Shown here piece by piece: positions 52,901-64,000 of a stretch of DNA of 64,000 bases (positions are counted from its first letter, which is position 1; every line of letters begins with the position of its first letter). This DNA is from Octopus sinensis. Lineage: Eukaryota. The notes beneath the pieces were generated by a model, which was not told where the DNA came from, searched no databases, and was given only the letters and a program-made list of their open reading frames with translations. The DNA lies in the NCBI RefSeq assembly GCF_006345805.1, contig NC_043006.1, positions 47,802,001 to 47,866,000 of the forward strand, read 5' to 3'. The translations under genes were made by a program, and so were the position numbers.

Positions 52901-54114
52901 GCGAAAATCCGATGCCATCATCATCATCATCATCATCATCGTTGTCGTTGTCCTCACGATTACTATAATAGTACACTGCCATGATTTCTGGCATAGGTGA
53001 ACTCGTTTATATCTACTTCAATACTTAATTGATACTTATTTCCTCCACTCTAAAGGGATGAGTGTCCAACTCAACACCAGTGGGATTTTGAAAGCTGAAG
53101 ATACATAATTAAACGCTGCAAGGTATTTTGCCAAGCGCTCTGCCTCCCTCCATTCTGTTGCTATCCAACACTCTATTGCCATCCAATAATATTAAATGAT
53201 TTAGTTGCCGCTGTCTGGTAGCTGTAGGTAAATGAGTTCTATAAATTGCTTCTAAAGGAACCAACAATCCTGACAACCGATGTCTTAATAACACTAAAAC
53301 CTTTTATTTCGCCACAAAATCCTACCCCATACAACATTAGTGACCTCATTACACTTAAATCATTTACGCCACACCGCCTTCTTTATCAACATAAACCATT
53401 CATTGTGGTATCAGACAGGAATCACATTAAGAGCCATTCCTCTGCAAAATGTCCGCCGAAACATTCCGCAAAAGCCGTGGCTGTTGTTCTATTCACATAT
53501 GCAACGTTTTTCATGTATTATTTCTAGACACAAAGCCAGCTTCCAAGAAATACACAAAAACATATTTCACTCTTTCCTTCATCAACCACTTATCTGTCAA
53601 TGGCACCCATTGTAAATCTCTGATAATCCCTGCTCGGAAATACCGCATGTAAATGTATTCGGTATTTTTATAAGCTATTTTATGCCTCACAGTATGCTGA
53701 GAGAAGGAAGAATCGACACATCGTTCAAAGCGCCAGGAACGTTATATTTTCAACACTATTTTACGTTCGTGATTAATGTATGTAATGCCTACTAACCCAG
53801 TCAGCATTGTAGTCAATTTGCACTGGCCTTTCACAATGCACCACTATGATATTGAGAAAGCGTATTTTTTGGCGTGTAATGCTGACTAGCAGAGGTGTAT
53901 CCTCCACTAGTTTTCTCCTATCTATTTGACTTTTGTTTCATGCAGTGAAGTACATTGTTATTGTGCCTTGTCGCAAGATCATAATGAGCTGAGGAGAATG
54001 TGTCAAGCAACATAACTGCTGGTGTTGTGATTTACTCAAAGTATCCAATTTCAATCAAATTTAAAAATTGCAGTGGTTCTTAGTAGTTTATTTGTGCTTC
54101 GGGGGGGGGGGGGG

Positions 54115-54165
<51 letters not shown>

Positions 54166-54262
54166 ATTATTATTATTATTATTATTATTATTATCATTAT
54201 TATTATTATTATTATTATTATTTTCTTTTTTACACATTTTGTAGCATATTAATGGGATAGGT

Positions 54263-54608
54263 GAAGGCGCATGCATCAGTGGTTAGAGCATCGAGCTTAC
54301 GATCGTGAGGTTGTGAGTTCGATACCCGGACCAGGCTGGGTGTTGTGTTCTTGAGCAAGACACTTTATTTCACGTTGCTCCATTTCACTCAGCTGTAGAA
54401 ATGAGTTGCGACGTTACAGGTGCCAAGCTGTATCGGCCCCTTTGCCTTTCCCTTGGATAACACTGGTGGTGTGAAGAAGGGAGGCCGGTATGCATGAGCG
54501 ACTGGTGGTCTTCCATAAACAACCTTGCCCGGACTTGTGCCTGGGAGGGTAACTTTCTAGGTGCAATCTCATGATCAGTCATGACCGAAGGGGGTCTCAG
54601 CAGCAGCA
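54263..54608 (+). mobile_element. SINE group 1 (head B with CTTGAGCAAGACAC central domain, tail type 3), 13-bp TSD
   Basis: TSD TAATGGGATAGGT at 54250-54262 and 54609-54621; (CAG)n tail; box B GAGTTCGATACC. Confidence 0.93.
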
Positions 54609-54669
54609 TAATGGGATAGGTTGATGATTAGCTATGATGCAATTAGTCGGTTGTTATATTCCTCAATGT

Positions 54670-54864
54670 GGAGGCACATGGCCTTGTGGTTAGAGCAGCG
54701 GACTCGCGGTCGAGGGATCGAAGGTTCGAATGTCAGACCAGATGATGTGTGTGTTTGTGAGCGAAACACCTAAGCTCCACGCGGCTCCAGCAGAAGGTAA
54801 TGGCGAACTTCTGCTGACTCTTTTGCCACAGCTTTCTCTCACTCTTTCCTCCTGCATCTTGCGG

Positions 54865-54866
<2 letters not shown>
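54670..54866 (+). mobile_element. SINE group 1 head A, 3'-truncated at (CA)n
   Basis: GGAGGCACATGGCCTTGTGGTTAGAGCAGCGGACTCGCGG...GGTTCGAAT...CACCTAAGCTCCACG. Confidence 0.85.
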
Positions 54867-54942
<76 letters not shown>

Positions 54943-55302
54943 ATATATATTCATTGCTCGCAGGACAGGAAACTGATATAGTACTGAAGCCAAGTGACTA
55001 ACTTGGTCAACATTCCAAGTGTATAAATACATACATTTTTACATTCATACTCTTTGTCTCCCTTCCACTCGAGCACAAAGAAGCGGTGTAATCCCCACAC
55101 AGGAAAAATATAGAATTTGTTTTTGAAAATGAATAGTTTTTGTCGTTATGCGCGTAGTTCTTTTTTTCTTTCGCGTACTGGGTTGTTCGCTCTTAAAAGC
55201 CAAGGACCAAGTACGCGACGGAAAGAAAGTACGCGACGCTTTTTCAAAAAACAAATTCTATATATATAATTACACAAACACACACACACACATACACACA
55301 CA

Positions 55303-55395
<93 letters not shown>

Positions 55396-55569
55396 GGCAT
55401 ACACATCTATGTATATACGTATATATGTGTGCAGGTATGCGTATATGCATACATTGATGTATGGATGTATATATATATATGTATGTATATATATGTATAT
55501 ACATATATATATATGTATCATATATATATAAATATGTGTGTGTGTATATGTATCTGTGTGTGTGTATGT

Positions 55570-55800
55570 GGAGGCGCGTGGCTTAGTGTTTGGGGTGTAA
55601 GCATCATGATCGTGAGATTGTGGTTTCGATTCTTGGATCAGGCGACGCGTTGTGTTCTTGAGCAAAACACATTTCACGTTGCTCCAGTCCACTCAGCTGG
55701 CAAAAATGAGTGACGCTGCGATGGACATCCAGCTGGGGAACACATACGCCATAGAAACCGGGAAACCGGGCCCATGAGCCTGGCTAGGCTTTAAAAAAGG
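55570..55800 (+). mobile_element. SINE group 1 (head B plus tail type 2)
   Basis: TGTGTTCTTGAGCAAAACAC...CACTCAGCTG as at 54263, then GCTGCGATGGAC...GAAACCGGGCCCATGAGCCTGGCTAGGC as at 39530-39615. Confidence 0.9.
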
Positions 55801-56200
55801 ACTCTTTTACTCTTTTACTTGTTTCAGTCATTTGACTGCGGCCATGCTGGAGCACCGCCTTTAGTCGAGCAAATCGACCCCGGGACTTATTCTTTGTAAG
55901 CCCAGTACTCATTCTATCGGTGTCTTTTGCCGAACCGCTAAGTGACGGGGACGTAAACACACCAGCATCGGTTGTCAAGCAATGCTAGGGGGACAAACAC
56001 ACAAACATACACACTAACATATATATATACATATATACGACAGGCTTCTTCCAGTTTCCGTCTACCAAATCCACTCACATGGCATTGGTTCGCCCGAGGC
56101 TATAGCAGAAGACACTTGCCTAAGATGCCACGCAGTGGGACTGAGCCCGGAACCATGTGGTGGTTGGTAAGCAAGCTACTTACCACACAGCCACTCCTGC
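55801..56200 (-). mobile_element. SINE group 2, full length, tail-to-tail with the preceding SINE
   Basis: Near-consensus family match. Confidence 0.92.
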
Positions 56201-56234
56201 GACGTATATATATATATATATATATATATCTATC

Positions 56235-56311
<77 letters not shown>

Positions 56312-57383
56312 CACACATATGTATATATATATACATGTATGTGTTTTATACATGCATGTATGCAAATGTACACAAACAAGTTCGTGTGTGTCTGTGCGTT
56401 CGCAAGCATGTGCATGTGTTTATGTTCATGTGTGTGTGTATGGTGTGCCCGTAATGTAATGCAGCAGGCATAAATTAGATTCATGATTCAAATGTATGTT
56501 ATGCCTTCCTACTAATTAATCCGACAATCGTTTATATTGATATTCCCTGCCTTCCAACTTGCCTTCTTTTTTCACGTCCCCTGTTTTATATTTTTGCCTC
56601 TTGTTCTTTACAACCGTGCCATCCTCGCTCCAACCTCATCACATGGGCAACTACATCTTATTAATCCCCAGGGCGTTTTCGTCAATCGACGACAAAACGT
56701 TCAACATGAGACCATTTATCTTAACAGGATTGCTTGCATTGGTGTTAGTGCTGGAGTTGGTGGAAGCGTAGGAGTTTGGAGTATATATATATATAAAATA
56801 TTCTACCACCAATGCTGGTGGTGGTGATTATAGTGATGTATTAGTGATGATGTTTAAAACTGCCATCGGGATGTTTGTTTTTAGTGCTGATATTCGATAG
56901 AAGCTTCTATTTTAATAGTTGTAATCTTTGCTCTGTGGCAATGGGTTGGGATAACCCTGTGTGTATGTGTTCGTGTGTCTGTGTGTGTGTAATTGTTTGC
57001 GTGTTTATATATTCATGGATGTCTTTTATTTTTATATGTTGTTCGTATGTTTATGTGTGTGAGAGGAATTTAATGTGATGTGGATGCAGCTATATAGGGA
57101 TTCCCAGTATTGTTGCATTTCAACAATGACAGTGTCATACACTTTGTTAAGGAGGGTATGTTTATGGCCCCATTTTTCTTAGTCACTCGGAGGCAATCCA
57201 TCGGCAAGTATCCCATCTACATACCTCCCCACCTCCCGTTCGAAATAAACGATGACAAAAATGATAACAATAACAACGTCAATCGGAACATCAACAACAA
57301 TAACTATAACAAAGACAGCAAAAACAGAAAACCCGTTGAATACAAAAGAAACAACAACAACAACAACAACAATAATAATAATG

Positions 57384-57420
<37 letters not shown>

Positions 57421-57508
57421 TAATAATAATAATAATAATAATAATATAATAATGATAATAATAATGATAATAATACTAACAATAATGATAATGATGATGA
57501 TGATGATG

Positions 57509-57552
<44 letters not shown>

Positions 57553-58368
57553 TGCAACAATGGCAATAACAAGAAGAACATTAAAAATAAAGAAGGGAAC
57601 ATAAATGAGAGGAAATTAATATCATCGATGCAACACCGCTCGTCGTGTCGCCATTTTGGCTCCAATATGCAAATGACTAACTCAGCGACATACCGATCTT
57701 CTGAATGGCAACAATATGGCTGCGGTTAGAAATATGACATAGCATGCAGCGGTGACAGATATATGTGGCTGTGCATCGTTGCACATTTTCTTTTTTCAAT
57801 GCACGGGACGGGAGTAAGTTTTCATTGCCGTCTCACTATCACACAGATTTTAGCGACAGCATTGCATCGGAATGATTAGAAATATTTGGCTCTTGTGGTA
57901 TTATTGCTTGTTTGTTTGTTTGTTTCTGTGTTGGTGTGCCTGAATATGTGAATGCGTGTATCGTAATGATATGTATGTTTTATTGTGAGGATCAGCCTTT
58001 GTGTTCCTGTATATTTGACATCCACGAATGATACATAGGAATAGTTTTGTGCTAGTGTGATGTCGCGGTGTGTCAATATATCTCGGCATGTGCGCTCCTG
58101 TGCGTGTGTTCGTGATGGGTGTACTCATGGTGTGTTCGTGTGCGTGCCAGTGTGTGTATATATATATATATATTTGTATGTGTGTGTGTGCGTACACTTG
58201 CGTGCGCATATAATATTAGGTGAGTGCAAAAAGTAAACTCACAAAAAATAGTGTACAGGTACAACGGAATCTATGTATACTAATCCAATATATTTGCACG
58301 CGTTACTATACTTACATCTGCTCTATCTTAATATGTATGTATGTATGTGTGTTTGTTGTGCGTGTACG

Positions 58369-58408
<40 letters not shown>

Positions 58409-58412
<4 letters not shown>

Positions 58413-58651
58413 ACATACCTATATATATATAAAAAATGGCTGACGGTTAGTAAGGAGAGACACAAATAAGTGAGAAGAAAACAAAGGACCACTGATGCGG
58501 TCACAGGAGTGTGACGAAAGAACTCTGGCCGAAATAAGATTAAGATTAATGTAAAAAATAAATATCACTGAAGCAAAATAACACCAAATATATAGTGCGT
58601 GTGTTTTTATTGGCTAAACTGTCAATATGACCATTCCGAAATATAACAATA

Positions 58652-58685
<34 letters not shown>

Positions 58686-58919
58686 CTACATACCTATATA
58701 TATATAAAAAATGGCTGACGGTTAGTAAGGAGAGACACAAATAAGTGAGAAGAAAACAAAGGACCACTGATGCGGTCACAGGAGTGTGACGAAAGAACTC
58801 TGGCCGAAATAAGATTAAGATTAATGTAAAAAATAAATATCACTGAAGCAAAATAACACCAAATATATAGTGCGTGTGTTTTTATTGGCTAAACTGTCAA
58901 TATGACCATTCCGAAATAT

Positions 58920-58925
<6 letters not shown>
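58409..58925 (+). repeat. 275-bp tandem duplication between (TA)n, each unit with a hammerhead-like motif
   Basis: Identical units; motif GGACCA-CTGATGCG-GTCAC-aggagt-GTGAC-GAAA-GAAC-TC-TGGCC at 58486-58530 and 58761-58805. Confidence 0.9.
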
Positions 58926-58956
<31 letters not shown>

Positions 58957-59011
58957 CATACATACATACATACATACATACATACATACATACATACATA
59001 CACATACATAC

Positions 59012-59240
59012 ATAGGGAGAATTCACAAAAAAACAAAAGACGAAGACAGGTGGTGTAGACAACAAACAGATGTATTAGTACAACGCTCGGAAAGTGAAAA
59101 ATTCTTTAACGTTTCGAGCCTACGCTCTTCCACAGAAAGAAACAAGGAAAGAAAATAAAGAATGTGTAGTGGCCAGCGAGCTATCATGGCGAATGCCGGA
59201 CAGAAGGGTCACACAGAAGAGCTAGGGAGAAGGGGAGATA
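59012..59240 (-). mobile_element. Penelope-like repeat with hammerhead-like motif (59104-59139)
   Basis: Minus strand CTTT-CTGTGGAA-GAGC-gtag-GCTC-GAAACGTT-AAAG; homologous to 2044-2183. Confidence 0.55.
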
Positions 59241-59249
59241 ATATATTTA

Positions 59250-59443
59250 AATAGCTTAGCAGTATTCCGTCTGCCGTTACGTTCTGAGTTCAAAATCCGC
59301 CGAAGTCGAATTTGCCTTTCATCCTTTCGGAGTCGATTAAATAAGTACCAGTTACGCACTGGCGTCAGCGTAATCGACTTAATCCCTTTGTCTGTCCTTG
59401 TTTGCCCCCTCCTTGTTTATCCCCCTGTGGGCAATAAAGAAAT
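59250..59443 (+). mobile_element. Group 3 SINE, 5'-truncated, tail A
   Basis: Ends CCCCTGTGGGCAATAAAGAAATA. Confidence 0.9.
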
Positions 59444-60112
59444 ATTTATATTACTTGCTTATTGCTTGCATATTATTTTGACTATATTATATCTCTATAT
59501 TGCATATTTCAACATTGAATTTGTGTTATATTAAAAGAATAACGTATATGGGCGATAAAACTTGCTTATCAAATATCAAAAATGTTTCTACTACATAAAC
59601 ATGTTTCTTGCATGAAACAAAAAAAAAAATCCGATAAGAAAACATGTTTATGAAATGTAAAATACTTCCAACATAAGCGACCCTTTGTCGAATATGAATG
59701 GGACATTGCAGCTACAAAGACCCTATTAAATGAGGAATATGCTATATTTTGGTTCGGAAACATATCTGATATTCTTGTCTAACATATCTCAACATATAAC
59801 CAGAACAATAGCAACATCATCAGCATTTTTAATCAGCCCAATTTTCCCCGGTATATGAAAGCATCTAAACAACTAAAAAAAAAAATAGGAAGAATTACCA
59901 ATAGCTAGAACAATAACTATAACATCATTACATGCTACGCCTTCTTCAGCTACTTTCACCAAACATGGGTTTTCACTTAAACTCATTATGCAACCAAACA
60001 TAAATCAGTCTTTCATAACTAATGACGCCTCTTATTCAATCAAGTAATATTCTCTTATATTATTATTCTTTCATTTCTGCTATTAAATTTGTACCAAAAT
60101 CTCGTGCTGTTG

Positions 60113-60770
60113 AAGGCAGCGAGCTGGTAGACACGTTAGCATGCCGAGTAAAATGTTTAGCGACGTTTCGTCCGTCTTTACATTCTGAATTCAAATTGTG
60201 CTGAGATCGACTTTGCCTTTCCTTTTTCGAGGTCAATAAAATAAGTACCCTTAGTGTACTGGGGTCAATTTACCCCTTTTCTCGAAATTGCTGCCTTCAT
60301 GCTATTTTTGAAATATTTATTAGTATTATAACCTAAGGCGGCGCTGTAGCAGAATCATTGGCGCGCTAGACAAAATGCCTAGCAGAATTTTCGTCTGATT
60401 TTACGATCTGATTTCAAATTCCGCCTAAGTCGACTTTACCTTTCATCCTTTCGGGGCCTATACAATTAGTATCAGTTACGAAATTTACTCACCGTGCCCC
60501 GAAACTGTTGGTCTTGTACCAAAAAACTGAAGCCAGTATTAGTGCTGTTACCGCAATGTTATTATTGTTGATCCGGCAGAAGCGTTGGGCGAAGTAATTG
60601 ACAACATTTCTTCTGGCTTCTTTGAGCTCTAAGTTTAAAATTTGCCGAGATGAACTTTGCTTTCCTTCCCTTTGGAAATAATAAAACAAGTACCAGCTGA
60701 ACACTGGGGTCGATATAATCGATTAATCCTTCCCTTACAAATGCTGACCTTGTCCCCAAATTTTAAAACG
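60113..60770 (+). mobile_element. Three older group 3 SINE copies (~60113-60300, 60335-60520, 60575-60770)
   Basis: Each has a decayed head and a TCGACTTTGCCTTTC...AAGTACC body. Confidence 0.75.
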
Positions 60771-61928
60771 TTATTATTTAGATAGTGCTAGGTTTTAAAA
60801 CACGAGATAATTTCATATTCCACAAAAACAGAATACGGTCAATCATTAGAAACATGATTTCAAATATTTGATCTTACGATATATTTTATGAACCTCTAGC
60901 TTTAAATACCCAAAAATTAGGCTTTTTTAGGTATCGCTGGTTTTACAGAAGATCGTATGTATCATTATAATTATGATAATACAAACGCAGCAGATTAATA
61001 TTGCAATTCCTTTCTTATTATTTGCTAAAGCATGTTGTAATCACTTTAGACAAAGTGTTTACAAACATCATAATTTTCTTCAAGATGTAAATTTTACTAA
61101 ACAAGAAATAAATTTGTTAATTACAGACATTTACAAATTTTCTTCTACACAAACTTTTAAAATGTCTGAAATTTAATCGAAAGTTTGAAATAGATTCGTT
61201 TTATTAAAAAAATATATTAATTTTTTTCTTTCTAGCACTTCAGTTTTAAAGATGTGTCTTACGTACTTCTAAATTATTACAAAGCTAATGTGGTATTCCC
61301 TTTCAGAAAACTATGTTTTGAAGCAGGTGCCTGTTCAACATTATTTCATAAGTAAAACAACATATTCATGTGATATTTTTGCTATTATCATATGAAATTC
61401 AAATATTAATGTTAAACCTTTTTGATGCCTGCTCGCATGAGACCCCCCTTGGTTTTCTGATACAAAATTCATGTCTTAACATTACCGAAATTCAAACCAT
61501 TCATCAAAATTTCGTGTTAATTCATGTTCCAAAGAACGTTTTAATAATGACAAATATATTTTAATCTGTCCTTCATTATTTTAAATATTAATTTAAATAA
61601 ATGCAGTTTATTTCAGCAGAAATATGGTAACAAAAGGACAGAATTTTAAATTTTCTCCTTTGTCAGTTGTTTTATTATGGTTGATTATAAATTAAAACTA
61701 CAGAACAAAACGAGGCAAGGATAAATTTACTTTCGAAATGATGCCTGGTGTGAAGGGAAAGAAGAAAAGTTGAAAACCTTTCCTTTAAATGCCTATACAT
61801 TTAATGGGATTTTTGTTATCAACAATTTCATTTCACAAACCTATGGTTCCGCGATCGATTTCGCTCTTCTCAACATTGGAAACTTGCTTTTCTTCAAATC
61901 ACATTATCAGGCCGACCTAAGGCTTGTC

Positions 61929-62095
61929 TTTTATATAAAATCCGTTCTGTCTGTGTGCGTGTGTGTGTCTTCTAGGATCTCGGGCATCCTCCATCTGATT
62001 GCCCTCAGATTTGATATGTAGATACTGACGGTATCAGGGCGTGTATTAGTCTTGAAAAAGTTACAAAAATCGATTCCAGGTGAGAATTCGATTTG
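61929..62095 (+). mobile_element. Helentron/DINE-1-like element fragment
   Basis: Homologous to 7873-8040 (-). Confidence 0.55.
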
Positions 62096-63445
62096 GTTTA
62101 AATGTTTGACAACTCAGCATCGTCTATTGGACGGGGGCGTTTTGCTCGTATGTAATAATTGAGGGACAGTGCAAATCAAGTGGAATGTAGCTATTTCGTA
62201 GGAATAGTTCGTAAGTTGTCAAATTTACAACTCGGGTCTTCTTTGGTACATCTTTGGTACATCACTGGGAATAATCTATTTGCTGTGGCCTCTGTCACCT
62301 GTTCACTCTACCAAAGTAAAAAAAAAAAAAAATCTTTCAAACAGACCGTTTATCACTTGCCTTAGTCACAATATAGATATTTGTGTATGATAAAATCTTG
62401 TAACTAATCAAAACAAGCCGGTATCTGTACGGAAAATTTTAATAACGCACTTCTTTTCTATAACAATATTCTCTACTTTATATGTAACTAATAAAAGGAT
62501 GCTCAGGACACACATTGGCATTTATCTCAGTCAATACATACTGTGCTACATATTATAGCCTGAAATAACTTGGTAAAAAGAACTGTGTTGCAATAATCAG
62601 AGTTGAGGATTTTAATAACTATTAAAGCCATATTTCAAAGAAAAATGTAAATATTTGATAAACTTCGCCACACGAGACACCATGAATACATAGTGATGAT
62701 ATTAAATATATTAGTTCTTGTAAAGCTTTGCTTATGGTAATACAAAAACATAGACACAAGCATCACGAACATCAGGTTCACACGACATCACTGCGTCACT
62801 ATTATCATGATCGCCATGATCATCATCATCATCTTCAGCTGCAGCAACAGTGAAGTCGTTCTCCTTGTTGACATTGCTACCATCATCATAATCTTCCAGG
62901 TCGCCGCCGACGCCGCCGTCGTCGAAGTCGTCGTCGCTGACGTATGTTGTTACGGCCACCAGTATCATCATCATCATCATCAACAATGTTATTAAACATG
63001 CCAGTTTCACTGTGATTCCCAAGGCGTTAAAGCAAATAACAGGGAGTCCCTTTATAGCTATTAGTTTCTTTATACGTCTGCTAATGTCTCTGTAGCAAAT
63101 TCTGCCGTGTCTTCTCATGCGATATCAAATATTAAAGAGAATTCTAATGCATTGAGAATAGTTTGCAGTGGTAGAATTATAATTGGAGCATCATTATGAT
63201 ATTTTTCTTTTTTGAGGGTTAGAATATTTCAGATGATGTTTACAGACAAACACAGACTAGTACATACATTTATGTAGAGATATACAAACAAAACAACTAT
63301 ATTCAAATGCAACTCAAAATCATTCCTCAAATTCTCTCTTTTGCTCCCCCCCCCACTCGCACACTGTCTCTTCTACTTTATAAATACGCGCGTACATGTG
63401 TAGAAAGATAGATTGATTCATAGACAAAGATAGAGAATGATAGCT

Positions 63446-63495
<50 letters not shown>

Positions 63496-63767
63496 CAAAA
63501 TTTAGAGGAATGACCACTAATAGTGGACAGCCTGTATGCTAGATAGAGACGTCAAACTCGCCATTTACCACGAAGAATGTGTTCTCAGGAAAAAATTCAG
63601 CAAAAACCAAAGTTTAAAAATAAGACAAATGAAAATATACGAAAAAATTTTAAAAACCATTACCTACGCACTAATTAGTTTCACTTGTTAATATTTACGT
63701 ATATGTAAACATCTGCAAGATCGTCAGCGTAGTCTGTCGTTTACGAAATACAATTTTATATATATAT

Positions 63768-63960
63768 GTTTCTTTATTAGCCAGACAGGGCTGAACACAG
63801 AGGGGACAAATTTCTTTTTGGGGAGAAAACAAGGGGGGTAGGTTTTTGATCAAAAGGGATCGTAAAAAAAACGATCAATAGGGATTGTGTATCACAGAAA
63901 TGTCATGATGTAAAGCGTAAAAGGGGCAACAGATAGGGTTTATCCGTGGGAAAGTAGCCT
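63768..63960 (-). mobile_element. LINE-like 3' end (same family as 37932 and 38273), abutting (GATA)n
   Basis: GTTTCTTTATTAGCCAGACAGGGCTGAACACAGAGGGGACAA...GTAGGTTTTTGATCAAAAGGGATCGTAAAA. Confidence 0.75.
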
Positions 63961-63961
63961 A

Positions 63962-64000
<39 letters not shown>

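Noticed and set aside
57110-57665. Poly-Asn/Ile ORFs (also 49237, 48458 and 62732)
   Set aside because: (AAT/AAC/GAT)n microsatellite translations without splice or domain support.

Overview
AT-rich eukaryotic intergenic or intronic DNA, saturated with microsatellites ((TA)n, (CA)n, (GATA)n, (TAA)n). The repeat content suggests an octopus/coleoid genome; this is an inference, not a database match. No complete host gene is recognisable, and most ORFs in the track are microsatellite translations. The window holds three abundant tRNA-derived SINE groups, 3' fragments of CR1, RTE and at least three restriction-like-endonuclease (RLE, R4/Dong-like) LINE families, three decayed mariners, Helentron-like repeats and Penelope-like repeats with hammerhead-like motifs. 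The most notable structures are: (1) SINE multimers with a 184-bp period, one intact head and an invariant junction at three loci; (2) SINE 3' tails that match LINE 3' ends present in the same window; (3) retroelements stacked in specific microsatellites (TAA, GATA); (4) atypical hammerhead-like motifs; (5) one candidate first coding exon on the minus strand near 24 kb.
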